From Amphiscolops sp. MND2022 (taxonomy: Eukaryota), in the NCBI GenBank assembly GCA_964187785.1, contig OZ076409.1, positions 83,640,001 to 83,704,000 of the forward strand: DNA of 64,000 bases, in the 5' to 3' direction. The position numbers were made by a program, and so were the translations under genes. Each line of letters opens with the position of its first letter. The first letter of the stretch is position 1. Below the pieces are notes generated by a model. It was not told where the DNA came from. It was given only the letters and a program-made list of their open reading frames with translations, and did no database searches. Of this stretch, positions 51,390-64,000 are shown piece after piece.

Positions 51390-51727
51390 AGACTGTTTGA
51401 AACTAAACTATGATGAATAGCTTTGATTTATTTTCTTTTGTTGTTTCTTTATTGTATACCCATTGTTCTGAAGTTGTAGTGTTCCGCCAGTCGGTTCCGT
51501 TATTATAGAGAAAGAGAAGGAGAAAAAATTGTTATGCTCTGGTAGTATGGAGCGAAAGAGAAAAAATTGAGGCAGCTCGGTGTTCCACTGGGTTATTCAA
51601 TTTAGTATTTAGCCTCTGTATTGTTTTCATCCGAGTCGTAGAGTGAGAGAGTGATAAGCCATTGTAGATTGAGGAGATTTGAGATTCAGTTGTAGATCGG
51701 CCGTCCAGGTTAGAGCCTGGGGCCACA

Positions 51728-54700
51728 TTAATTTTCTGATCTTGGGCCCCCGTCTGGGCCGAGGTCTGCTAGGATCTGTATTTCTGGGCCGTCGCCCAGG
51801 CCTTCGTTTTGAATTGCGGGATTTTCGGAGTTTCTTTCTACTGCATTATAGTATGCGAAGTCTGGTTTCCAATTTGAAGCTGGGTTTCGTCGGAGATTGT
51901 AATGAGAGTTTCGGGGGGATTTAGGAACGGGTGGACAATCTTCGGGTTCGTCTTCAGTGTCTAGGTCTGGGTCATCTGTCTGGGTTCCTGGGTGGTTATT
52001 ACTGCTTCCAGGTCCTTGCTCTGGGTCGGGGTTCGAAGGGCTGGGGTATATTGGGTCAGTATCTGGTTCCTGTGCTTGGGGTATTACCTCGGGTTCGGGT
52101 GGCTGATTATTTGCGGGGTGGGTAGGGTGTTCTTGATGAAGTTCCTGCCAAGCCATTGCGAAAAGGTCATCGTGCTGTATAGGCACTTCGGTGTCCTGCT
52201 GGAAATCTTTAGGCGCAACTGAGATGTCAGGCAGTTTGTGTCTGCTTGCGAATGGCCGTAGTCTGATTCTGTGCAGGATTTGGGTGAGGTTCGTTTGGAG
52301 TTTTCGGATTAAATAGTTATTATTGGGTAGGGTTTTGACCACGATATATGGTCCCGTCCAAAGTTATTCCCGAAACGGCAGTTTTGTCGCTTGGCTATGC
52401 GCCTTTGGATGCAATGCATAGCAGTAGTCGTTTACTACCAGTGGGTTTGCTGATGCCTTTCTGTCATAATAGCATTTATGACGGACATAGGCCTGCATCA
52501 GAGCTTGCTGGCTTTGGTTGAGGATCTGTTGTGTTTGTTGTAACACTCCCTCAGCTATCTCGTGGTTGATTGGGGTAGGGGGCTGTGGCTTGAGTCCATA
52601 TTTCAGGTCGAGTACATTGTAGTGCACTCTTCCGTGAAACACTCTGCTGGGTTCGCATCCTAGTGATGTGTGGTATGAGGTATTGTAATTCAATACCGCC
52701 ATCGGTAGAAATTGATGCCACATCGTGCGCCGTTCCCCTGTCATTATTTTGAGGCTTTCCTTCAGGGAGGCGTGGGTCCTCTCCAGGATGCCGATCGTCT
52801 GGGCGTGTTTCGTGGTGGCGTGTTTCAGTTGGATTCCCAGTGCAGCGGTGGTTTGTTGCATCGCTTCTGATATGAATTGGGATCCCTTGTCCGTTATGAT
52901 TGTTGTGGGTAAATAGCAATGTCTGGTGATGATGTCCATTAGGACTCTGGTGACCGTTCTGGTATCGATTCTAGCGACACTGTAGGCGAATAGGTACCTG
53001 GAGAAGACATCCATTGCTGTAATGACTGCGGTGTAACCTCCTGATGGGTCATCGAAGGGGACTATGTCCATCTGGAGTGCGTCTTCGGGTCCCATTGCTA
53101 TTTTTGACATGTCGATTAGTGGTGGTGTGATGGTGCTATTGGGTGTCCGCTTTGTTTGGGCGCATTCCATACACTGTGAGATATGGTTGGCTATCCGGGC
53201 GGCAAGTCCTGGGTGGTAGTATTTCTCGCGGCATTGTTGAATGGTTTTGGCTATGCCCGGGTGTCTTCCATATTTGCCATGATGGTGGTGTATGAATTCG
53301 TTGACCAGTTGTTGGGGGAGCAGCACTTGTAAATATTTGACTTTCCCAGTATCCCCAAAATATTGTCTATACAAGAGTCCGTCTTTGATGATGATCCTAT
53401 CTTCTTGGGCTAGGTACTTCGTTGCTCTGGGGTCGTCATTGAGGAGTTGGGTGTCGTACGGTTCCTTCAATATTTTGAGCTTGAGATTTCTGAGGACAGG
53501 GTCCTGGTCCTGGTGTGGTCTGAGGCTGCGTGGAAAACTGTTTTCGTTGTATAGCTGGCGCCTTTGTTTCTGTTCCGGGTCTTGGATGCTGTTGCAAACC
53601 AGGGGTAGATTCTCCGTTTGAGGTTTTGGTTCAGTCGTATCAGTTTGAGTATCGGTTGGTTGTTCTTGGGGGTTATAGATTTTCTTTCGGGCACGCTGTT
53701 TGCGTTCCCAGATGTCTTCTTCAGTTACGGAATCGTCTTCTGGCAAGAAGTAAAATTGGTCCTCCTCATGTATATCTGAGGATTGGATGTTCACTTGGAT
53801 GGGTGTTGTCTGGATATCTTCTCTGATTTGGAGAAGGACTTTTTCTTTGGGACTGATGTCCAATCGGGAGAGGAAGTCTGCCGCCGTGTTCATCCTTCCT
53901 GGCACATGGGCGATTTTGAAATGGAATTGGAGCACGAAATCACAAGCGTTCCACAGGGAGGGTGGAATCATTTTGGTTTGAAAAAACCTTGTGACTGATT
54001 TATTGTCTGTTAGGACGATGGTTGGCTTGGAGGAACCCCACAAGATGTGACTATACTCCATGAAGGCGAAATAGATGGCTAAAAACTCCTTGGCATAAAT
54101 TGACATTTTCAATTGTGACGGAGAGAAAGTTTTAGATCCAAATGCCACAGGAGCATAGGTTTTCTTGGTGGAGGTGAGTTTCTGTTCTGGGTCCTCTTCG
54201 GTCATTAAGGCGTATCCTGCGTTCTTGAAATTGGCGTCAGTCATCATGACATACTGCCGGTTTGGCAGCGGCTGTTTGAGCCAGAGCCCGCACGCGTTGT
54301 CTAAGGACTTGTTGATGGCCTCAAAGTTTGCTATGAGCTCTTGGTCGATTTTGGCAGGCTTGTCAGATTTGATGAGTTCGTGGAAAGGGGCAATCTTCTC
54401 GGATAATCGAGGAATGTAATTTCTGTAATAGTTCACAAATCCGATATATCGTTGAAGTCCTTTCTTCGTTCGGGGGAACTTGAGTGTTTGCAGGTATTTC
54501 TGTATCTTGTGGCTCTGGGGTGCTACACCTGATGGGGAGATCGTCCGCCCAAGGAATTCGACTTCCTTGGCGCCGAACTGACATTTCGCCATTGTGAGCC
54601 GGAGTCCTGCGGCGCGGATGCATTGGAAGACCTCTCTCAAATTGTTTTTCAACTCTTCAGGAGTGTTTGTGGCGATTCCAATGTCGTCCACGTATTGGGC

Positions 54701-57692
54701 GCATTTATCTTTTATTTAAGCCTTTATGGCTTTGTCCAGATACTCCCTCATGAAGCTTGAGAAGGATGACAGTGAGCGGCTCAGTCCCTGGGCCAGCCTG
54801 AGGTACGCGAACGTCCTGCTGGCGAAGTTGAAAGCTAGGAGTTGGACTGACTTCTGGTCTGCCATCTGCAGTACGTGGTAAGCTTGTGAGCAATCAAGCT
54901 TACAAAACATCTTCTTGCCAGCGAGGTGTTGTGCCGCGTCCGTGAGGGTGCTGACCGGATGATTGTTATTGATGTAATCATCGGAAATCAGGTTGTTGAT
55001 CTTTCTGAGATCTACTAGGAGCCGTAGGCGGCCGTTCGGCTTTCGTTGAGCGAAAATCGGGCTGGCATACTTGCTGAACGGGAGGGTTGTTATAATCCCG
55101 AAGTAATGCATTAATGCCAGTTCCACTGTCAAGTCCTCTTTCAAGTTAATGGGGCAAGGCAGGCTTTGCGAGTAGACTGGGTCGTCTGTTTTTGGCGTGA
55201 GCTTGGTTTTAAAGTCGTGGTTGATTCCGATGTCTAGTCGGTGCCTCGCGAAAATGTCATTGAACTCTATCAAGATTTCCTCAATGTCTTTTTGGTCATT
55301 TTCTGTTAATTGGGAATCATCCCATTTAAAGTTTTTGAGGAATGCCTCTCGGTCTTCAGCATTGTTATTGGGGTCCAGTTTCTGGATCTCTTCCAGTTCC
55401 TTGATTTCCCTCAGTATTCTGCTTTGAATCGGCGTGTGATGGTAGACGTTATGTCTGCGTAGGCGGTGATTGTTTGGGTTGTTTCAGGAGGAATAGTGAT
55501 TGGATTCTTTACTTGTACTTTGTACATCTTTCGGTTGCGGGTGTATTCGTCGGTCTCAATTGAGTACGTTAGATGGGGGAAGTGGAGTAGGCCTTGGCTT
55601 ACATCCAGAATACTAGGGTACTAGGGTCGCCTGGATTGTCTGGTGTGGGGAACCAAAAGTTTTGACTCTGGGAAGGTTGGTCCGAAGTTTTCAGGAGTTC
55701 GTTGATGTATAGTATGGCATCTTCTGAGTCATCCTCCGTGAGCACTTTTAGTGCTGCGGTGTTGAGCGGTTTGAGCTCTTTGGCTTCTTCGGGCGACATA
55801 ATTTTGATTTCAGCAACCGTCGTGTTCTTTTTTATTGTGTAGGGTGTGGGGGTAGTGTTGGTCACCCTTACCTCAATTTTCCTGTTGGAGGCTGTAGATA
55901 TTGAGCTGGCTACTACTAAGGGGTCACCGCTACAATGGTTGGTAGCTGGGTTGATGACACCGGTTGTGCTGATGGTAGACGTTATGTCTGCGTAGGCGGT
56001 GATTGTTTGGGTTGTTTCAGGAGGAATAGTGATTGGATTCTTTACTTGTACTTTGTACATCTTTCGGTTGCGGGTGTATTCGTCGGTCTCAATTGAGTAC
56101 GTTAGATGGGGGAAGTGGAGTAGGCCTTGGCTTACATCCAGAATGGCGCTGTTGTTTTTCAGGAATGTGAGGCCAAGTATTGGGCCTGTCAGTCGTTTTG
56201 CAACAATGAACGTCTCTTTGAAATTCCAATCCCCTATTTCAAATTGGAGGATTATTGTTTTGGTGGGGGCTTCAATGTCGCCGTTTGCGACTTGGAGTTT
56301 GAACGGGGGTGGTTCCATTTCTTTGACTATGTCCTTGGGGGACATTTGAAGGATTTTGTTGTAATCGGTTTCGGAGATGCAGTTGACCAGCGCTCCAGAG
56401 TCAATGAGGGCGTCCAGGGTCAGGTCCTGGAAGTCCATTGGGGCGAATAGCATCTTCTTCTTTTTCTTAAGAGTCACCGCTGAGAAGATTGGGATGCATT
56501 CCTCTTTGGTGATTGGGTCTCTTGTGAGGTATTCTGCAATCTGCGCCAGGGGGTAGGACTGGGGTTCGTCCTGGGTTGGTGTTTCGTTTACAGCACCTGA
56601 GGGGGATTCAGATTGCATGTTGGTTGCGGCAATCGTAATGGGACGAGGGTTCTCGGCCTCATTTTCGGACTGCCTGGTGTTAGAAGAGAGGGGGGCTCGT
56701 GTCCCTCTACCTGAATGATCTTGGTTCGGGTATTCTGCAGCCTGGTCGTTGGGGTAGGACCTAGGTACGTCCTGGAGTGGTGTGCCATTTGCGTCACCGG
56801 GTAGGGATTCAGACTGCATGTTCGTTTCGTCAGTCGTAATGGGTCGAGGGTCCTCGACTTCATTTGCGGACTGACTTCTTGGGAAGGAGAGTGAGGACGA
56901 CGCCTCGTTGTAGGAGGGAGGCTCTAGGAGTAGAGACCTCTTTATTCTCCTTGTTTGCGGTGTGGAGGTTGTTATCTCCGTGTTTGTTGTGGTTTGGGTC
57001 AGGTCCACGGCTTCAGTCGTGGTCCTGCCGGTGAGATTTTCATTTTGGTGGCAGTCGGGTGCCACGTCCATTGTTGGGGATCGTATTCTTCCGGCTCTGA
57101 TTGGGTTAACTGGTTGGTTTTTTGGTGGCGATTGTGGAGCCGTTGTTTGTGATCCGTGATCTTTGAGTATGGACTTGGGTTTGTTAGTCAGCTCGTCGAC
57201 TATTATTTCTGTCACTTGTTCCGCGTCCTGGTCGTACTCTGGGACTGGTTGAACGGTCTTCGGTCTGTGACGTGGTTCTGTCGAGATGTTCATCCCAGTT
57301 TTCTTGATAAATTCCTCAAATGGCGTACACTCTCGTTGTTTAAAGGTTAGAGTCGTTTGGTCGTAGATTTTGGGATTGTGGTAGGGGTCACAGGTGTAGT
57401 CAGGGTCATGTATGTAGGTTTCAGGGGCAGTACTTTCGGGTAGTGGTCATTTTGGGGTACTGTAGTCGGTTGGGTTGTCAAGGTACCATTGGGGGTAGTC
57501 CTTTTTAGTCATGTTTTGTCTATTTTGTTTGTTGAGCTTGTGAATCTGCCTTCTTCGCTGCCAGTCGAGAGATGGTTCTTCATGTCGCTCGTCATTTTCT
57601 TCGTGGTCGTAGGTATTTGGGGGTTCTGATGTTGTGAAGTGTCGGGTTTCGACAATCTCCCCAAACTGAAGATGTGGCAAAGCTAGTTTTTT
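51728..57692 (-). pseudogene. pol: Pol of element B (PR, RT, RNase H, IN), disrupted
   Basis: ALIDSGA; YASPIFAQRKPNGRLRLLVDLRKIN; AQYVDDI at ~54681-54700; MMTDAN; HHGKYGRHPG...CMEC; MDVFSRY, ITDKGSQF, GILERTH; WTGPYIV. Broken by stops at 57447 and 52364 and insertions at ~54710 and 55437-55611. Confidence 0.96.
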
Positions 57693-59248
57693 GACTGGGT
57701 TTGGTTTTGAGGTTGAGTTTGAGGTTGGGTGGTCAATTGCGCGGGAGGTATGAATCCCATGTGGCCAGTTGCCTGGTTGTGGTACTGAGTTTGGGTTTGG
57801 GGTTGGGTTGTCATTGAAAGAGGAGGTAGGTAGCCCATTTGGCTGGTTGCTTGATTTTGATATGGCGGTTGGTCACTGGTAAATTGGTTTTGGCATACTG
57901 ACTTTGTGACTGTGGCGGTAGCGGTATGCTGTTTGAGGACGTGGCCTTGGGTGTTTTCCACCATTGTGGTCGATTTGCCCAGTTGGCGCCTGAGTAGCAT
58001 TCTTCGGTTGTGTGGCTTTTCTTGCCACAGGTTTCGCATGGGTTAACTATTTTGTTGGGCACTCTGTTACCCCGATTGCGAGCTTCGCGGGCTACTTTTC
58101 TGCAATTTTTGACAACATGGCCGGATTGCCCACATCCGTAGCATGGTCCTGACGGTTTGGGGGGGGGGGTTCGGAGCTTGTTGTGGGTCTTGCACGTCAA
58201 TTTGGTGCACTCCTGTTATGTTGCTCTCGTTTGGTGCCAACAGTCCGTTTAGCTCCATCTCTCTTTCTAGGTGTTCGACCATCATTTTGTACGATTCAGT
58301 TTCTAACCTTGCCTGGTTTAGCACTCGTTTTAGGTGGGTTGGCATTTTGGCGTAGAAGGAGGTCTCAATGAACTTGGGGGCGTCATCTCCGTATGCTTCT
58401 TGGGCCAGTTTTTGATACTGCTCCAAGAAATCTTGAAAAGTTTGTTGGGATGGGTCAAAATAGAGCTGATTCCATTTGCAGCGGGCTGTTGCGATAGATT
58501 GGGGGCGGACATATCGTCGTCTGAAGGTTGCTATGATGTCCTCCAGGCTGGCACGGTTTGTGTCGGTCATATTGCGGTATGACTGCAGGGCGTCATCCCT
58601 GAGTAAGGAATGAAAATAGTGTATTTTCTCTTCTTCGGATATGTTGGGATACACTTTGAGGCTAGTCATAAAAAGGTCTTGGAAGTGTTCAAACTTGTCA
58701 TTTTTACCTTTGAAAGTAGGCATTGTTGTTGACATCGCTTTTGGCAGTCTAGGGAGCCCGATATTTTGTTGGGTTACGTTCTTTAGCGATTCTAGTAGCT
58801 TTTCCACTATGTGGTCCGGGTATTTCTGGTTGGGGGGCGGTAGGCTTGATGATCAGGGCGGCACTTCTGTTTGGGGGAACACTCCTGTCACCATGTGTTG
58901 ACCCTGCGATGGGTGCAACTCGTTCAGTATGGATGGCCTTGATGTTGAGGCTTGATTTTCGATCTCGTCGGGATCTAAGGCGAGGTTTTCACAATTGGGC
59001 GGTTGACCGGACAGTGAATCTATTTTTGAGGATAAATTCTCGATCATTTTCAAAATCTCCCTCTGTCCAACTTCAGCATCTTTTATCCTTCTGGTCACTG
59101 ACTTTTCAATTTTCTCAGATAGCTCAGAGAAGTCTCGGTCGGAAATACTGGGAACGTTTTCAGTTCTTAAACTGGTTGCTTCTGGCTCGCCTAGTGAACT
59201 AGTCACTGAATCTCTCCTGGCCTTTCTTTTAGAGGATCTTTCAGGCAT
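57683..59248 (-). pseudogene. gag: Gag of element B, starting inside the 5' LTR
   Basis: Frames 58853-59248 and 58067-58807 are in phase, separated by one TGA; MPTFKGK...FRRRYVRP capsid-like region; CYGCGQSGHVVKNC and CETCGKKSHTTEEC knuckles; frameshift at the G run ~58159-58169. Confidence 0.92.
58880..58893 (-). promoter_or_regulatory. Primer-binding site of element B (tRNA-Leu-like)
   Basis: TGGTGACAGGAGTG immediately after the LTR end ...CAACACA. Confidence 0.85.
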
Positions 59249-60586
59249 TTTCCGGGTTTAAGATTTATAAGCTCGAGATTATCCAACGAGAAGATGAGGG
59301 AAAAGATTGAGATTTTTTAATCTTCAATTGTATTTTTCAAAGTGAAGAGTAAAGTTGTTTTACAACGAACGATTATTGAGTTCCAAGATTCTAACAAAAT
59401 TGTCAAATTATCAATTTGTTGAAATTATCAAGACTATTATTCACTGAAATTATTCAATTTTCCAAAGTATATATACTTTCCGCTGGCTTGAAGCGGGGAA
59501 AAACCGCACCACCTTCACACTTCATTCAGCCCGGCGTCCCTTCAAGGCGGGGAAACAGGAAGTTCAGTTCCGCTTTGTCGAACTCAGACTTTCAGCTTGT
59601 TCATGCTTTCCGGGAAAAGCACGCGTCCACTTCCTGTCTGAGTTGCGACTCCGCTTCCCTTCACCTCCAACTCCCGCCTTTTCAAGACGCCGAAACTGAG
59701 CAAAGTGTGAAAAAATTAATCACTGCACACGCCCAAAGAGCGAAATGATCGAACAAACCAACAAATTGGAAATTGGGAAAAAATGGGAATTTCCCAAATT
59801 AATTTGGTTCAAATATTGCACGGCGAGATGATTATTTAATAAGAAATACAAATTAGCTCATAAAGTTCACTCATGAGAGCTTAAAATCACAAATTTGAGT
59901 ATAAATGGGAAAGCTCGATCCCAGGCTGAGGTCTGGGACGGTCGAGGCAAAATAAAATCATTTCCCGAAAAATAACTATTAATTATATCAACAACAAACA
60001 ATTCAGTGATTAGAATCGGCTCGAAAATACGGCTCAAGTCTCTTCCCAATCTAGTTGAGTGGAAATTGACTCTAAACAAGGCAACACAAATCATTTATGG
60101 AGATTAAACAAATTAAATCGAACATTTAATCCCAGGCCGAGGTCTGGGCCGCGGCTTGGCGTTCTCAAACTAAATACTGCATTTACATGGTTAAAATCAT
60201 CATACATTGCATGCAATCAATCATTATCGCTTACTGTTGTATGCGTTACGTCACTGCTCCCTCGCGAGAGCGGAGAAATGGTTAGGGGGATCGATATTTT
60301 CAATTCCAGGATGGATTTGGTCAGAATAGATTTCAGGCCGTGTCTCAGGCCGCGGTCTACTTCATTTAGCACTTGAACATGGTTTATCTGTAAAAATAGC
60401 ATCATACTTCATTCTTTATCTTCAGGCATCGTTTGAGATTGCAGGCATTGATTGGTAGGCTCATTAGGAGCAGAAAATATCACTATTAACATTAGCAATT
60501 TCCATTTCTACAATGGATTTTATAGATTTACATTTCAGGCCATGTCCTGGGCCGCAGTATATCGGTATTTCAAAGTTAGCTCCAAT

Positions 60587-62841
60587 TGTCACGACCCGCT
60601 CCCGGTCGGGATTATAGCTGCTGCAGTGGGATACCTGGTTTCGAAATTGGCCGGGGACAAGGCCGAGGTAAACTCTATTAAACTAATTTTAAACTGATCT
60701 AAATTCTACTTACAGTACAGCGAAATCGATTGCAGATAATTTTCCAAATGCAAAACCTAGCGTAAACGTTACGGAACACTTTTCAGAAATGATTTTTAGC
60801 TAAAACTTCCGGTCAATTATTCCCCGCGCGTGATAAGATTTTTCACTTCCGGTATGATCTTCTGATTTTCTGCCATACTAATCTAAACACTAAAATGAAC
60901 ATTTATAATTGGGATCATTCTTTCCACTGGTCCACACTAAAATGAAAACATTAAAATAAAATTCAATTCCGAGATCCCAACGGAATTCATACAATCTAAA
61001 ATGAAAAGGAACAGACAAATAATAGAGCGGAATTGTTTTCCAGAGATGAAGTGGTTGTCAATATTCACTTAAAGCACAGCCAAGTGATTTAGGCAAATAT
61101 TTACAACGCTATGGCAACGCCAATCTACTGAGCTAATATTAGGAATTTTGCTTCTACGGACCAATAACGTCACTCTATTGATAGAACTATTCTTAGCTAA
61201 GCTGAATAAAAGCAATTTTGGTTGCCCCTAGCAACACCAATTGAAATAAGAGAGAGGGAATGAATTCACCTACGCACTCCGCTTTCTCTCCGCTTGATCT
61301 GATAGCTGAGCTATGAGCAACCTTAATACGTACGGGACAGCTACGGAGCGGATTGTAAAATTGTATTCCGCCGTTCAGCTATAACCAATCTTAATACGTA
61401 CGGAACAACTCGTAAAATGATAGCGGTGAAGTATTAGTTTAAACCGAAATCAAATAAGGATTTTTCTGAATCGACGCACTTAATGAATTTTTGAAAACAA
61501 GTCCACATGTAAAAGGTTGTACTGTAAGAAAGGACTAAAATTATGTTCGAAGAGTAACGGTGCTATTGCAATAGTTTCTCAATTCACGCGTGCCTTACGT
61601 TACATTAAGAGTTTATGTATTCAGTGATTAGTTGTTTATCATTAAAATGTTTCACAGAACGTAACGTAAGGTCAACGTCAAAACCCAAACCAAATGCTAT
61701 TGATGCAGAATGCCTGCCCTGCCTATTCATATGCGATGCCCAATCGAGTGCAGAATAATTATTGCCTGCAAATACATTTCCTTTCCTATCTATTTGTACT
61801 TTGCAATTCGTATGTTACGTTATGGCCACGTATAGGTCAAAGTTAGAATTTCTGTTGGTGCAGTTGTTTAGTTTACAAAATTAACCGTATAATCATCATT
61901 ATGTTTTCTCTTAGCGTCGCTTGTTCCTCAATAATATTCAAATATCCGTAGTCCGAAATTCCTTTTGCCTCGTTTCAATTTCGTTAATTTTTGCGAGTCA
62001 TTCTTTTACTTCGAATCTCAATCTCCCAAATTGAAAGTTGACTAATTGTTCATGCCGGCGTACTTACGCTGATGAATATGCAAGCTAGACTTTTATTTTA
62101 CCGCGATTTTGAGACTTAAACAGGAAATGGGATTGCCTGAACAAAAATGATTTCAACAAATTTACGGAACACTGACGCAACTAGGAATTTTGATGCCTGG
62201 TTTTTACGACGCGGGACTGAAATGATATGAATCATTAGCGCTTTTTGTTGAACAAACCCGATTTTTGTGATACCTAGGAATTTTTAGGTGAGGAACAAAT
62301 GATGCTGGGAAAGTATAAATATGTAGTACATACATGTAAAGTTAGTTAGTTGTGTTTTGCAAGTTGTAATAAACTTAAACTGTTTTCGTTGTTTCAACGT
62401 TGAACAAAATCATCTTCGAAGAATTCATCTATTGCCGAAGAATCATTTTTTAACATTAAAAAATGACCACTAGAAGCCAGAAGAGGAAAGCTGTAGCTGA
62501 ATTAGTGTCTGGAGATTTTGAAGCTTCTTTAGCTGAAAATAACTCTGCTGAAAACCTGATACCCAGTTCTAGTAAAAATCCTAGACTTGAGCTTGAAAAC
62601 CTGGAGGAAATAAAAACAACTCTGAGAAAAGAAATAATGACTGATCTAACAAAGATATTAGCCGAAAACCAAAAGGAAATGCTTCAATTAATAGCACCAG
62701 CGAACAAGAAACGCTCAGTTAGTTCGAACATACAAGATTCTGATTCTGACCAAGAAAACATCTCCGTAACGAGAACGTCCACTCCAGTCAAGACACAAAC
62801 TGCGACTAGTTCTAAAACAACACCGGTCAATAGTCGTAACA
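60587..62841 (+). mobile_element. Solo LTR of family C (2255 bp) nested in B's 5' LTR
   Basis: TGTCACGAC...GTCGTAACA inverted termini; TSD CCAAT at 60582-60586 and 62842-62846; empty site GCTCCAATACTT at ~46265 in the other LTR. Confidence 0.95.
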
Positions 62842-62876
62842 CCAATACTTGTTTATATGGACAATTACATGTATAA
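62463..62876 (+). CDS. LTR-encoded Gag-like N-terminus of solo LTR C
   Basis: MTTRSQKRKA... basic start, coiled-coil-like LEEIKTTLRKEIMTDLTKILAENQKEMLQLI; open through the LTR end at 62841. Confidence 0.7.
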   Translation: MTTRSQKRKAVAELVSGDFEASLAENNSAENLIPSSSKNPRLELENLEEIKTTLRKEIMTDLTKILAENQKEMLQLIAPANKKRSVSSNIQDSDSDQENISVTRTSTPVKTQTATSSKTTPVNSRNTNTCLYGQLHV

Positions 62877-64000
62877 CGTCGTTCTAATACTCGTTTAACG
62901 CATCAGAAGGTTTACATGTATTCACAAAATAGCATAATTAGTGTTAGAGATTGATTCGTAGCACTTTCATTCTCAGGCCACTCGCCAGGCCACCGCTTCA
63001 CTGCGCGAATCTCAGGCCGGCTGCCAGGCCGCAGTTCCGCCATTATTCATTCAGGCCGCTTGCTGAGCGGTGTGATTGTATTACTATTAACTATATAGCA
63101 CCGTATTAATACTATTAACTGCACAAGTAGCTCTATACCGGTTAGTACACTGTATGTAAAAATATATAACTACATAAATATTAATATATATTTTCTTCTA
63201 ATTTTTATATTATTTAGCGCCATTATTTCAGGTTGTATGGATTGAACTGATTGTTTTCTGGTTTTCTGTTTTCATTTCTCCTTTTTCCATTTCCTAATTT
63301 ATTCTTCGAAGACTGGGTTGATTCTGCTGCAATACTCACAGCTCAAGTGGGGCTGTGACATTATTTATTAATGAAATTCAGGAAAAACGCCAACGCGTGA
63401 GGGAGAATTTGTTGCATTCAATTTTTACGGTCAATAAATCCATCGAAAATTAACGCTTCTCTTGTAAATATCAATTTAAAATGCAACCGTCATAAGAGGA
63501 AGCTTTGAAGTATGGAAAGTTCATCTGATGATAAGTTGTTCCAGTAATAAAATAATTGAATCTCAATAAATTTGGAGCCAAACAATTTGTTTCAGTACCA
63601 GCAAAGAAATACTGTGTTCACAACTTCATTTTATTGCTAAAAAATGAACTCACTTGTACCTGCTCCTGAAACAGGAAATTAGTTTTGCACTCTGTAAAAA
63701 TAAGTTTCATGTGTCAAAACGTTGAATGAATGCTGAAGGTTTGAGATATAACAGGAAATTCAAAACACCCGTCTCATACTCCACGCATGGAAACGAACAG
63801 AACTTTTTTGAAAACAGAACAGAATTTTTGAAAAAAATTGAAGCAAATAACCACCAGCGATGATAATTCGCAGTAATGTCCTGGAGAACGTGTGATCGCC
63901 AGAGCTTATAAGAGCTATAGTAAAAAATAAGTATATAGCTTAAGAGCTATAGTAAAAAATAAGTATTTTTTAAAAGACATCATGTATGATTTTATTGAAG

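Larger units (their letters stand above)
44580..63360 (-). mobile_element. Ty3/Gypsy LTR retrotransposon B, structurally complete
   Basis: LTRs 44580-46786 and 58894-63360 (2207 bp each once the nested insert is removed), TG...CA ends, TSD TTATT at 44575-44579 and 63361-63365. Confidence 0.97.
58894..63360 (-). repeat. 5' LTR of element B, interrupted by a solo LTR
   Basis: Matches 44580-46786 on both sides of the insert. Confidence 0.96.

Noticed and set aside
58853..58855. Programmed readthrough of the in-frame TGA in B gag
   Set aside because: A has no stop at the equivalent region (21938-22633 is open); a point mutation such as CGA>TGA is simpler.

Overview
AT-rich eukaryotic (most likely animal) DNA made almost entirely of transposable elements; no ordinary host gene is supported. 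Two large, highly diverged Ty3/Gypsy LTR retrotransposons dominate. Element A (+, ~26768-43919) has a truncated 5' LTR and two tandem duplications. Element B (-, 44580-63360) is structurally complete, with 2207-bp LTRs, a TTATT target-site duplication and a nested 2255-bp solo LTR of a third family (C). Both share an unusual architecture. (1) The Gag N-terminus is encoded inside the LTR and reads through the PBS. (2) Pol follows by a -1 slippery site. (3) Downstream of integrase lies an antisense, intron-containing gene for a zinc-finger protein that looks like a catalytically dead hAT transposase; in B it is a 5-exon, 1125-aa frame that stays open while gag and pol are broken. (4) A divergent sense ORF and family-specific short-motif arrays lie in or near the LTRs. 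The first 20 kb holds degraded solo LTRs, Helentron-type non-autonomous repeats carrying tRNA-3'-end-like motifs, MITEs with 8-bp TSDs, a Merlin transposase relic and a ~190-bp palindrome. Family assignments come from motif recognition by eye, not database searches.
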